Shown piece by piece: positions 17,274 through 26,141 of a stretch of 64,000 bases of DNA. Source of the stretch: Elusimicrobia bacterium GWB2_63_22. Its GTDB lineage: Bacteria > Elusimicrobiota > Elusimicrobia > Elusimicrobiales > UBA9959. The stretch spans positions 7,175-71,174 of the forward strand of contig MGUA01000008.1 of the NCBI GenBank assembly GCA_001799735.1, in the 5' to 3' direction. The notes beneath the pieces were generated by a model. That model had not been told where the DNA came from, ran no database searches, and saw nothing but the letters and a program-made list of their open reading frames with translations. The position numbers and the translations under genes are program-made. Every line of letters starts with the position of its first letter. Position 1 is the stretch's first letter.

Positions 17274-18374
17274 ATGAAGATCAATATAATAGCGGCGTTA
17301 GCGCTGCTCAGTTTCGCCGGCACCGCCGGTGCGGAAATAAACTTCGACAAAGGCGCGGACGTAAAAGGCGCCCTCAGCCAGACCTCGGAAGCGGCCGTGC
17401 CCCAGGTTAAATATCCCGGCTTTACCAGGTATTCCAGGGACTGTTCCCGGTTCACCTTCGACGCCAGCGGCGCCGAGGCCACCTCGGCCAGGGTGATGCT
17501 GGCCAGCACCGAGTACGTGCAGGAATGCCGTCCTTCGGGCGGCCATTATGTCCCCGGTCCCAACGGCGGCCCCGGCAGCTACGTGCCCGGCCCGCAGAAC
17601 TGCTGGGAGCGCCCCGGCCAGACCTGGCGCCAGAGCGCGCAGGTGCACATAGCGGCCCGCGCCCTGCTGCCCTGGGAGAACGAAAGCTTCGAGGTCTGCA
17701 TGGAAGGCCCGTGGCTGACCCTGAACCCGCTGAACGCGGCCTATAAATACAACGTCGGCCAGACCGGCGGTTACGACACCCTGTTCAGCCTGACCCCCCA
17801 GTACAAGACGGCCATGAAGCCTGACGTCAACGGCGTCAACATGACCGCCTTCTCCTACGACCCCGCCTCGAAGAGGTTCAAGGTGTCGCTCGCCGACAAG
17901 TGGGCCAAGGCTTATGCCGGCGAGAAGGTCGCCGTGAAGATAGAGCTCAAGCGGGACGTGGCCAACTGGTTCGACTCTTCGCTCGGTTCCAAAGAGTTCT
18001 CCTTCGACGCGGCCCCCGGCTACGAGCTGGACTTCGCCGCCGCCGACCTGGACAGGGGCGCCAAGAAGTATTACCTGAAATGGAGCTTCAAGCGCGTGGG
18101 CAAGCTCTCCAAAGACTCCTGGATGGAGAAGGGCGAAACCCTGCGCCTGGAGCTGGCCTCCTCCCCCGAGAAGGCCTACAGCGCGGACAACGTCTGCACG
18201 CTGGTGATGGATTCCCCGTACACCTGCGTGTACAGCTGCAAGGATGGGTCCTACATCTCCAGGCCCAACCCGTTCCCCGGCAACAACGGCTTTCCGCCTT
18301 ACGTGCCGCCCATGCCCCTGCATGGCTGCAGCATGACGACTCAGAACACCCCGCTGATCACCATCCGGCGCTGA
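17274..18374 (+). CDS. Secreted protein, tandem paralog B with Cys-rich C-terminal tail
   Basis: Signal peptide ...GTAGA-EI. Shares YSRDC, STEY..EC, W..ERPGQT.R..AQ, PWE.E.FEVC, AYAGEKV.VK.EL with paralog A. Confidence 0.65.
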   Translation: MKINIIAALALLSFAGTAGAEINFDKGADVKGALSQTSEAAVPQVKYPGFTRYSRDCSRFTFDASGAEATSARVMLASTEYVQECRPSGGHYVPGPNGGPGSYVPGPQNCWERPGQTWRQSAQVHIAARALLPWENESFEVCMEGPWLTLNPLNAAYKYNVGQTGGYDTLFSLTPQYKTAMKPDVNGVNMTAFSYDPASKRFKVSLADKWAKAYAGEKVAVKIELKRDVANWFDSSLGSKEFSFDAAPGYELDFAAADLDRGAKKYYLKWSFKRVGKLSKDSWMEKGETLRLELASSPEKAYSADNVCTLVMDSPYTCVYSCKDGSYISRPNPFPGNNGFPPYVPPMPLHGCSMTTQNTPLITIRR

Positions 18375-18386
18375 CCCGGATAGAGC

Positions 18387-18423
18387 AAAAAAAACACCCG
18401 CCGGAGACGGCGGGTGTTTTTTT
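18387..18423. terminator. Bidirectional intrinsic terminator
   Basis: A8-CACCCGCC / loop / GGCGGGTG-T7, between convergent genes. Confidence 0.75.
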
Positions 18424-18437
18424 ATGCCTGGCCGGCT

Positions 18438-20000
18438 TCAGCAGGGCAGGGTGAGGGTGAAAGCGGAGCCTTTCTGCAACTGGGACTTGGCGAAGACGCG
18501 GCCGCCGTGCACCTCGGCTATCTTGCGCACCAGCGACAGGCCAAGGCCCCAGCCGTCCACCTGGCCGGTGAAAGAGGCCTCTACCTGGTAAAACTTGTTG
18601 AAGATGTTGTCCAGCTCTTCTCCGGGGATGCCGGGGCCGTTGTCGCCTACGGACAGCAGGGCGAAATTATCCCTGGTCTGGGCGGAGAGGATCACCAGCT
18701 TGTCCTTGCCGGGGTTGAACTTTACGGCGTTGTCTATAAGGGCGCGCAGGGCCGCGGCCAGCACTTTGCGGTCGGCGCAGACCTTTACCGGCTCGGGCGC
18801 CGCGACCTTGATGGTGATCCCGGAGTTTTCGCCAAAACCGCTCCTGGCGCTTTCGGCTATCTCGTTAAGGAATTCCGCGGCGTCGAAATTTATCTTCTCC
18901 AGCGTGGGGGCCTCGAGGTTGTCTATGGTGACGAAGTCCAGCAGGCTTTCCACCAGGCCGGTGAGCTTCTGGCCCTGGCCGTAAATGGTGGCGGAGGACT
19001 TCTGCACTATGTCCGGCATGCCTTTGGCGGAGGACTCGTCCCTGAGGATCTGGGCGTAGCCGTTGATGCAGGCCAGCGGCGTCTTGAATTTGTGCGAGAT
19101 AAGCGACAGGAAGTTGCGGGCCATGCGCTCTTCCATGCGCTGGGCCGTGACGTCGGAGAGTATCCACAGGCGGCCTTCGGCCACCTGGTTGCCGTCCTTG
19201 TCTTCCTTCAGCAGCTTTATCGCCGAGCCGTCCAGGAAAAATTTCTTCGGCTTTTCCCTGTACAGGTCGAAACGCTTTATCAGCGCTTCCCCGTCCAGGA
19301 TCTCGTCCAGGCCGGGCTTGGCTTCGAAGTCCTGGAAGGCCCCGCGGATATTGGTGAATTTGTACTTGTCGTGCTCGAGATAGATCTTGGCGGAGTTGTT
19401 GATGATGAGGATCTCGCCCTCGAGGGTGGTAAGTATGGCGCCTTCCTTGATGCGCTTGAAAACTATCTCCATCTTGCGCTTCTCTTCCTTGACGGAGGAG
19501 AACAGGCGGGAGTTCTCTATGGCGATGGCGGCCTGGCTGGCGAAAGCTTCGAAAGCGGTCTTGTCGGAATCGGCGAAGTCACCGTCGATGCGGTTGACGG
19601 CCTGCACCACGCCTATCACCTTGCCCTTGATGATCATGGGGCAGGTCAGGAGCGAGCGCGTGATGAAGCCGCTCTTCGCGTCCGCCTTCTTTGAGTGGCG
19701 GGGATCGGCGGCGGTGTCGTTGATGATGATGGACCGGCCTTCCTTGGCGCAGGAGCCGGCTATGCCCTCGCCCAGCTTGAAGCGCATCTTCTGCACGTCC
19801 TCGGGCAGGCCGAGGGCCACGTCGAAATAGAGCTCCTGCGTTTTCTCGTCGAGCAGGTACAGGGAGGCGCGCTCCGCCCCTACCACGCGCGAAGCCAGGC
19901 GCATGATGGTGGTGAGCAATTCTGAAATATCCAGCTTTGAGGAAAGCAGGCGGGAGACCATTACCAGCATCTCGAGACTTTCCTGCGACTGCGTAATCAT
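18438..20000 (-). CDS. Sensor histidine kinase (GAF-PAS-HisKA-HATPase)
   Basis: N-terminal GAF-like region, H-box SHKFKTPL, N-box/G-boxes DNGPGIP and GWGLGLSLV. Confidence 0.85.
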   Translation of the reverse strand: MITQSQESLEMLVMVSRLLSSKLDISELLTTIMRLASRVVGAERASLYLLDEKTQELYFDVALGLPEDVQKMRFKLGEGIAGSCAKEGRSIIINDTAADPRHSKKADAKSGFITRSLLTCPMIIKGKVIGVVQAVNRIDGDFADSDKTAFEAFASQAAIAIENSRLFSSVKEEKRKMEIVFKRIKEGAILTTLEGEILIINNSAKIYLEHDKYKFTNIRGAFQDFEAKPGLDEILDGEALIKRFDLYREKPKKFFLDGSAIKLLKEDKDGNQVAEGRLWILSDVTAQRMEERMARNFLSLISHKFKTPLACINGYAQILRDESSAKGMPDIVQKSSATIYGQGQKLTGLVESLLDFVTIDNLEAPTLEKINFDAAEFLNEIAESARSGFGENSGITIKVAAPEPVKVCADRKVLAAALRALIDNAVKFNPGKDKLVILSAQTRDNFALLSVGDNGPGIPGEELDNIFNKFYQVEASFTGQVDGWGLGLSLVRKIAEVHGGRVFAKSQLQKGSAFTLTLPC

Positions 20001-20015
20001 CCGGTTACCGTTCCC

Positions 20016-20882
20016 TTAAAAGAATAGCTGCAGCAGCAGCTTGTAGTAGCTCTTCCAGGAGGAGCTGTCCTCTTTGTACGCGTTGTAGGCCATGTCCAGG
20101 TTGGACTTCTCGTTGAGGTTAAGCTTGATGCCGCCCGTGAAGGAATTCGCCTTGTCCGCGCGCCTGTAGGATATTTTACTATATCCCGCGTAAATATAGC
20201 TGTCGTATTCCGGTTTCATGTTGCGGGCTATCTGGGCCGTCATTATCCAGTCCGGCAGGGCCGTGATCTGCCTGAAGACCCCCATGTAGGCCAGGTCCGC
20301 CTGGTCCATGGCCGGGGTGACCAGCGTGGCGTTGGAAACCCCGTCGGGCTTGCTGAACGCGGCGGCCGAAGCCAGGAAGTAGAACTGGCCGTAAAAGGAT
20401 TTTTCCGCCTGCAGCTCGGCCGAGGACTGCGTGAAGCTCTTTTTTGCGGGCGCGAGGACCCCGGCGGCCAGGACCCTGGCTTTCTGCCTGGCCCAGGCGC
20501 CGGACACGCTCAGGCGCAGGTAGCTTTCGTCAGGCTCTTCGCTCATGGAGGTGAGCAGGAAGAGCTTGCCGCCGTACGCGCCGGAGCGGGTGTCGCCGTC
20601 CACGGGGTACAGGAAAGGCTTGAAAGAGACGGAGTACCGGGGGCCGGAGTACATCATGGGCACGCGGAACGAGAAGGTCTTGTGGTCGTAGACGCCGCTG
20701 TCCTTGTAGAAGGCGGCGTTAAGGCCGGCGGTGAGGTTCCTGGCCGGGATGGTGAAGAAGGTCAGGGAGTTCCTGTTGAGGCCGTTGGAACCGAAAGAGT
20801 AGTCGTTCTCCAGCCACCAGACGGCCCCGGCGGGCAGCACGCTCATGGCGGTAATGGCCGCCGCCAGCAGTAATCGTATCAT
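20016..20882 (-). CDS. Putative outer-membrane beta-barrel protein
   Basis: Signal peptide, alternating hydrophobic beta-strand pattern, and a C-terminal ...LLLQLFF (terminal Phe). Confidence 0.5.
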   Translation of the reverse strand: MIRLLLAAAITAMSVLPAGAVWWLENDYSFGSNGLNRNSLTFFTIPARNLTAGLNAAFYKDSGVYDHKTFSFRVPMMYSGPRYSVSFKPFLYPVDGDTRSGAYGGKLFLLTSMSEEPDESYLRLSVSGAWARQKARVLAAGVLAPAKKSFTQSSAELQAEKSFYGQFYFLASAAAFSKPDGVSNATLVTPAMDQADLAYMGVFRQITALPDWIMTAQIARNMKPEYDSYIYAGYSKISYRRADKANSFTGGIKLNLNEKSNLDMAYNAYKEDSSSWKSYYKLLLQLFF

Positions 20883-20972
20883 TGCCTATATTATATATTA
20901 AACTTTCCGCGGTAACGCGCGAAAATAAAAAGCCCCCCGGTGAAGGGGGGCTTTCGGGGCCTTGCGCAGCCG

Positions 20973-21920
20973 TTATTTCACGAAGACGAAGAGGTACTGC
21001 AGGAAGTCGTAAATATCGCAGTTTACCAGGTTTACGTCCACGGGGCTGTTGTTCATGTAGCCGCCGATATGGCCGTTGACCTTGTTGTAGGTCAGGTTAA
21101 CCGGGGCGGAAGCGGCGTAGCCTTTCACGCTCACTATGGTCTGGTCCGCGTAGCCCTGGCCCAGGTCGAACTCCAGCTTGAGCGGGGCGTTGTTAAGGTA
21201 GCCCTGCAGCAGGCCGCCCTTCCAGTTGACGGTGTAGTTGACCTGGCTGTGGTTGGCACCGCCGTAAACCCGCACCTCCTCGGTGCTCCAGTCGAACTTC
21301 AGGTTGACGGGGGAGAGATTGGCGCCGCCGGTTATGGTCTTCTCTTCGTGGTTGATGCGGACGTCGAGGGGGGAGTTGTTGATGCCGCCCTTTATGGTCC
21401 AGTCGAGCTTGTTGAGCTTCACGTCCACCTGGCTGTGGTTCATGCCGCCTTTTATGGTGCCCATCTTGACCGCGTAGGTGGATTTATTGCGAAGGCCGAA
21501 GAGCTGGTCATAAACCCGCTGGCCGACCCGGACCTCGGTTATGTAGTAGTAGCGGGCGAGGCCTACGGCCTGGTCGGCCGCGTCCTGGCCGGTTACGTCC
21601 GCGAAGATCATGTAGCCGCCGGTGTTGCTCTGGTAGGCCTGCACCTTGAAGCCGGCCTGGGTGAGCTCGCGCACCGCGGTGTAGGAGTCGAAGGCGCGGT
21701 CGATAAGGCCCACCAGTTTGTCGTTCATTTCCGGGGCGGCGGTGTTGACCTGTATCTTGCGCAGGGTCATCCACTGGTTAGACTTGGGAGCTTCGGGGGC
21801 CGGGACCTGGATCTCCGTTAAAGAGAGGCCGGCTTTGCCTATGACGGCGTTTTCCGCGGAGGCGGAAAGGATGGTGGAAAAAGAAAGTATCGCGGCGGCT
21901 ATATAGGGCATGTTCTTCAT
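20973..21920 (-). CDS. Secreted protein with about seven tandem 20-22-aa GG.N.SP(V/L)(D/N) repeats
   Basis: Signal peptide ...LSASA-EN. Repeats include KGGMNHSQVDVKL, KGGINNSPLDVRI, GGANLSPVNLKF, GGANHSQVNYTV, GYLNNAPLKLEF, GYAASAPVNLTY, GYMNNSPVDVNL. Confidence 0.6.
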   Translation of the reverse strand: MKNMPYIAAAILSFSTILSASAENAVIGKAGLSLTEIQVPAPEAPKSNQWMTLRKIQVNTAAPEMNDKLVGLIDRAFDSYTAVRELTQAGFKVQAYQSNTGGYMIFADVTGQDAADQAVGLARYYYITEVRVGQRVYDQLFGLRNKSTYAVKMGTIKGGMNHSQVDVKLNKLDWTIKGGINNSPLDVRINHEEKTITGGANLSPVNLKFDWSTEEVRVYGGANHSQVNYTVNWKGGLLQGYLNNAPLKLEFDLGQGYADQTIVSVKGYAASAPVNLTYNKVNGHIGGYMNNSPVDVNLVNCDIYDFLQYLFVFVK

Positions 21921-22116
21921 TCAGTACTACCTCCGTATGCTTTTGGATAACTATATTCTGCCAGAAAACGGGCTGTTCCGCATCGGGCGCAGGACCCAGC
22001 CGGGCGCCGTATTTGGGCCCAGACGCGGCGTAGGCCTTGTGCGCGCGCCCCGGCACTTGACAGGTCAAAGCCGTCTGCTATAATATTTGCGTATTGAGTC
22101 AGCCAAAGGATCCCTT

Positions 22117-23511
22117 ATGCTAAAACTGCTGGTTTCTCTCGTTCTGCTGGCGCCTGCTGCCGCGCGCGCGGACGAACCGCTCAGGATTAATTTCGAGGGC
22201 CGGACTTACAGCGTCGGCGCTCCTTCCGCGGCTCTGCCCGCCATGGACAAAGCCTTCTTCTCGCTGCCGGGCGCCAAGGCCGCCAAGAAAAAATGGACCG
22301 TCATGGTCTTCGTGAACGGCAAGAACGACCTGGAGAGCGCGGGCCTGCTGAACCTGAACATGATGGAGCTGGTCGGCTCCAACAAGGACGTCAGCATAGT
22401 GGCCGAGATCGGCCGCATGAAGGGCCAGGCGCAGGGCGACACCGCCGACGACGGCGACTGGACGGGGTCGCGCCGCATCTACGTGCAGAAGGACGACGAC
22501 ATGGAGAAGATAAAGTCGCCGGCCGTGATGACCACCCCCACGGTGGACATGGGCGACTACAAGCGCGCGGTGGACTTTGTGAAATGGTCCAAAAAAAACT
22601 ACCCCGCCGAGAAATACCTGCTCATCCTGTGGGACCACGGCTCCGGCTGGATGGACCCGCGCAAGGAGGCCAAGGCCGCGGCTTCCAATGACAAGGGCAT
22701 TTCTTTCGACGACGAGACCGGCAACTACATCCGCACCCGCGAGATCGGCTCCATCGTGCGCGAGGCCGGCGGCGTGGACGTGCTGGCTTTCGACGCCTGC
22801 CTGATGCAGATGGGCGAGGTGCTCAGCGAAGTGAAGGGCAGCGCCCAGGTCATGGTAGGCTCCGAGGAGACCATCTCCGGGGTCGGCTATCCCTACCACA
22901 TCTTCCTTTCGGCCATGGCCAAAGAGCCGGGCATGAGCGCCGAGAAGCTCGGCACCATCCTGGTGGAAGCCTACAAGATGTTCTACGAGACCACCATCAA
23001 GAAGGGCGCGCAGCTTTCGGCCGTGCGCGTGGCCAAGGCCAATGAGTTCGAAACGCGGGTGAAGGAAGTGGCCGCGGCCGCCAGGGCCGCCAACGACGTG
23101 CCCGCCCTGAAGGCGGCCCGCGCCGGCGTGATGCGCTTCGACATGATAGGCGTGGCCAGCGACCCCCAGAAGCAGATCTCCTTCTACGGGGACCTGTACA
23201 ATTACCTGCAGCTGATGGAGAACGCCATGACGGCCGCCACGCCCGCCGCCGCGGACTTCAAGGCCAAGTCCGCCGCGCTGCGCCAGTTCATAGTGAAGGA
23301 CCTGGTCATCTACAACAGGTATTACGACAAGGACCGGACCGGCCGCTCCTTCGCCGACACGCACGGCATCTCGGTGTATATCCCGCCGGTGATAGAGGCG
23401 ATAGACCAGGCCAAGCTGGAAGGCATCTTCGAGGGCAAGTACCAGGACTTCGTGTTCGCCAGGAACACGGGCTGGCACGACTTCGTGACTTTCCTTTACG
23501 GGGCCAAGTAG
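22117..23511 (+). CDS. Clostripain-family (C11) cysteine peptidase, secreted
   Basis: ATG at 22117 gives the signal peptide MLKLLVSLVLLAPAAARA. Catalytic His context LILWDHGSGW and Cys context AFDACLMQ. Confidence 0.8.
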   Translation: MLKLLVSLVLLAPAAARADEPLRINFEGRTYSVGAPSAALPAMDKAFFSLPGAKAAKKKWTVMVFVNGKNDLESAGLLNLNMMELVGSNKDVSIVAEIGRMKGQAQGDTADDGDWTGSRRIYVQKDDDMEKIKSPAVMTTPTVDMGDYKRAVDFVKWSKKNYPAEKYLLILWDHGSGWMDPRKEAKAAASNDKGISFDDETGNYIRTREIGSIVREAGGVDVLAFDACLMQMGEVLSEVKGSAQVMVGSEETISGVGYPYHIFLSAMAKEPGMSAEKLGTILVEAYKMFYETTIKKGAQLSAVRVAKANEFETRVKEVAAAARAANDVPALKAARAGVMRFDMIGVASDPQKQISFYGDLYNYLQLMENAMTAATPAAADFKAKSAALRQFIVKDLVIYNRYYDKDRTGRSFADTHGISVYIPPVIEAIDQAKLEGIFEGKYQDFVFARNTGWHDFVTFLYGAK

Positions 23512-23532
23512 GCGTCGGGAGGCAGGAAACAG

Positions 23533-23564
23533 GAAGGGCCGCAGGTGCGGCCCTTCTTCTTTTT
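23533..23564. terminator. Bidirectional intrinsic terminator
   Basis: GAAGGGCCGC / AGGT / GCGGCCCTTC followed by TTCTTTTT. Confidence 0.65.
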
Positions 23565-26109
23565 ACGGTCGGAATTGTTGCAGGTCCTGCGCCAGCCTGC
23601 TCCTCACCTGCGGCGGCAGGTCCCCGCGCGCCAGTGCTTGCCGGTAGAGTTCTCCGGCCTCGGCCCGGCGCCCGGCTTTCAGGCGCAGCGCGGCGAGGTT
23701 CAGGCCGGCCTGCCAGTTCTCCTTGAGCGCATTGGTAAAATCTTTTCCGGCTTCTTCGTCCCGCCCCAGCAGCATCAGGAGGACGCCGCGGTCGTTTAGG
23801 ATGTCGGCGTCGCCGGGGGCGGCTCCGGCGGCTTTTGAAATGGCTTCCAGCGCTTCGGGGTAACGCCCGGCGCCCTGCAGCAGCAGGGCCGAGCGCCGCA
23901 GCGGATCCGGCTCTCTGGCCAGAGCGCCTGCCGCCACGGCCAGCAGCGCCGCCTTATCTTTTCTCCCCGACTTTAAATAGATCTCGGCTCCGTCCAGCAG
24001 GAGGCCCGGACGGGTCCCGGCTTCAGCCCCCGCGCCTGCCAGCGCAAGAACCAGCGGATCTTGCGGGCGAAGGCTTTTTAGTTTTTCCGCCCGTGCCCTG
24101 TCCCCGGAGACGGCAGCGGCCAGCAGCCCGAGTTCTTCGGGAGAATATTTACCGCGGTCCGGGCCAGTCCTCGCCAGCAGCAGCCCGGCGGCCCGCTCTT
24201 CGAAGAGGGCCAGCGCGGCCGCGCCGGGGCCAGGCGTCCGGCTGAAGCTGCCGCCCTTGAGAGGTATGGCCGCCATGGCCAGCTGCGCGGCCGCGGCCCC
24301 GCCGGCGGCCGGTTCTATCGCCCCTATAAGTCCCGGTTTTACGGCGAGGGTGGCTATAGCCGAGCGCCCGGCGGAGGTTTCGGAGGACAGGGAAAGGAAC
24401 TTGAGCCCCTGGAGTTTGAGGCTCGCGGGAAAGACGTGCTCCAGCCTGTCCAGTATGATCAGGCGCCGCCCCGCGGGCCAGTAGAGCAGGGCTTCGTAGA
24501 TCAGGCGGTCCTGGAAATCCGGGTTGCTGCTCCGCAGCCTCTCCTGTATGGCCTGGTCGCCGCCGTAGGGCGTGCCGCGCAGGGTGTTGAGGTCCTTGTT
24601 CCAGCGCGCGTATTCGGCAGCGAGCGAGCGCTCCGCCGCCTCCCGCCGGCCCAGCTCCAGCTGCCGCAGGCCCCGCAGCAGGTCCTCTCCAAAATATGCG
24701 GCCGCAAATTCCGCCCGCACGGTTTCGGGGCGCGTGGAATCCATCATGCGCAGTATGTCCCCGGCGCCTGAATACTGTTTATCCCCGGAGAGCCGGGCCG
24801 ACTCGCGCAGCGCGGCCAGGCCTTCTTCGGTGCGCAGCTGCGTCACCAGGTATTCGCCTTTCTTGTACAGCAGCCAGGGCTGTTCCGGGTTTTTTTCCAG
24901 CGCCGCCTCCACGCCGGAGAGGCAGTCCAGGCCGGCGGCCCTGCCGGGATAGGCCAGCACTACGTAATCTACGGCCAGCGCGGCCAGCAGGGCCGGCAGC
25001 AGTAGGAGGCGGGCCGTCCGGACCCCGGCGCCGGCGGGCGCGGCGGCTTTTGCCACGGCGCAAACTCCGCCTGCGGCGAGCAGGCCCAGCAGGTAGGCCA
25101 GCGGGTAGAAATAGCGGATCTCTATCGACATCAGGCTGTGCACGGCTATGAAATACAGCGTGAGCGCGGCCGGGCCCGGGGGCGCGCTTTTGCGCAGGTA
25201 TAAAAGCGCCAGCGCGGCCAGCAGGGCGTGCAGCGGGTAGATGAGGAGTATATGCCAGACCCGTTTTGCGGTGGCGGAACTATAGGCCAGCGGGCTGGTT
25301 GCCACCTGTCGCGCGGCCCAGGCCAGGGCGTTGTCGTCCTGGTCCAGGCCGGCCAGGGCGCGCGGGTTGCCTTCCATGGTGTAGACGCTGCCCAGCACGC
25401 CGGTTATTACGTTGCTGTCGGCGCGGCCCACTTCGAAGGGCGTGAATTTGCCGTAGACAAAATGGTTCAGCCGGGCCCAGGGGAGCAGCAGTATGTAGGC
25501 GCCGAAGAGGAAAACGGTGGCTTCCTTTAGTATAGTCTTGCGCGGCCTGGCCCCGCGGGCCAACTGCAGCAGGGCCATCAGCGGCGGCAGCAGGAATAGC
25601 GTGGAGCGCACTAGCAAGGTAACTCCGAGCGCCAGCCCGGAGAGCAGGCTGGCCAGCGCTCCGGGCGCGGCTTCGCGGGCGGCCTCCAGGTTAAGGTAGA
25701 GCAGTATCAGCAGGGTAAAGAAAACCTGCTCCGGGTCATGCGGCGCGGGAAGGGCCAGGCTGACGGCCGCGGCCGCGAGCGCGTAAATAAGCCCGCCCGC
25801 TCCGCCGTTGCGCAGGCGGCCCAGGTTGTAGGCGAGCAGCACTATCAGGAACAAGGCGGCGCTCACGGCGCCTATCAGCCGCGCCGGATCGAAATCCACA
25901 AAAGTCATCAGCACGCTGAGCAGCGGCATGCTGTAGGAGATGCCCGGTTCGTTAATGCCGTGGAGCAGTTCCCAGCCGCGCCCGGCGTAAGGCAGCAGCA
26001 CCCAGCCGCGGCCTTCCGTATCCCCGAGATGCGCGGCGGCCAGCGCGGCGGCCGCCAGCACCGGTAGGGCTAACAGGATGTTCCTGACAAAGGGGGGGAG
26101 CTTTTGCAT
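23563..26109 (-). CDS. GT-C fold (ArnT/PMT-like) membrane glycosyltransferase fused to C-terminal TPR repeats
   Basis: About 10 N-terminal TM helices followed by about 450 aa of TPR-like repeats. Confidence 0.65.
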   Translation of the reverse strand: MQKLPPFVRNILLALPVLAAAALAAAHLGDTEGRGWVLLPYAGRGWELLHGINEPGISYSMPLLSVLMTFVDFDPARLIGAVSAALFLIVLLAYNLGRLRNGGAGGLIYALAAAAVSLALPAPHDPEQVFFTLLILLYLNLEAAREAAPGALASLLSGLALGVTLLVRSTLFLLPPLMALLQLARGARPRKTILKEATVFLFGAYILLLPWARLNHFVYGKFTPFEVGRADSNVITGVLGSVYTMEGNPRALAGLDQDDNALAWAARQVATSPLAYSSATAKRVWHILLIYPLHALLAALALLYLRKSAPPGPAALTLYFIAVHSLMSIEIRYFYPLAYLLGLLAAGGVCAVAKAAAPAGAGVRTARLLLLPALLAALAVDYVVLAYPGRAAGLDCLSGVEAALEKNPEQPWLLYKKGEYLVTQLRTEEGLAALRESARLSGDKQYSGAGDILRMMDSTRPETVRAEFAAAYFGEDLLRGLRQLELGRREAAERSLAAEYARWNKDLNTLRGTPYGGDQAIQERLRSSNPDFQDRLIYEALLYWPAGRRLIILDRLEHVFPASLKLQGLKFLSLSSETSAGRSAIATLAVKPGLIGAIEPAAGGAAAAQLAMAAIPLKGGSFSRTPGPGAAALALFEERAAGLLLARTGPDRGKYSPEELGLLAAAVSGDRARAEKLKSLRPQDPLVLALAGAGAEAGTRPGLLLDGAEIYLKSGRKDKAALLAVAAGALAREPDPLRRSALLLQGAGRYPEALEAISKAAGAAPGDADILNDRGVLLMLLGRDEEAGKDFTNALKENWQAGLNLAALRLKAGRRAEAGELYRQALARGDLPPQVRSRLAQDLQQFRP

Positions 26110-26141
26110 AGGGGCTTGGCCGGCGGGCGGCCGCGGTCTTT

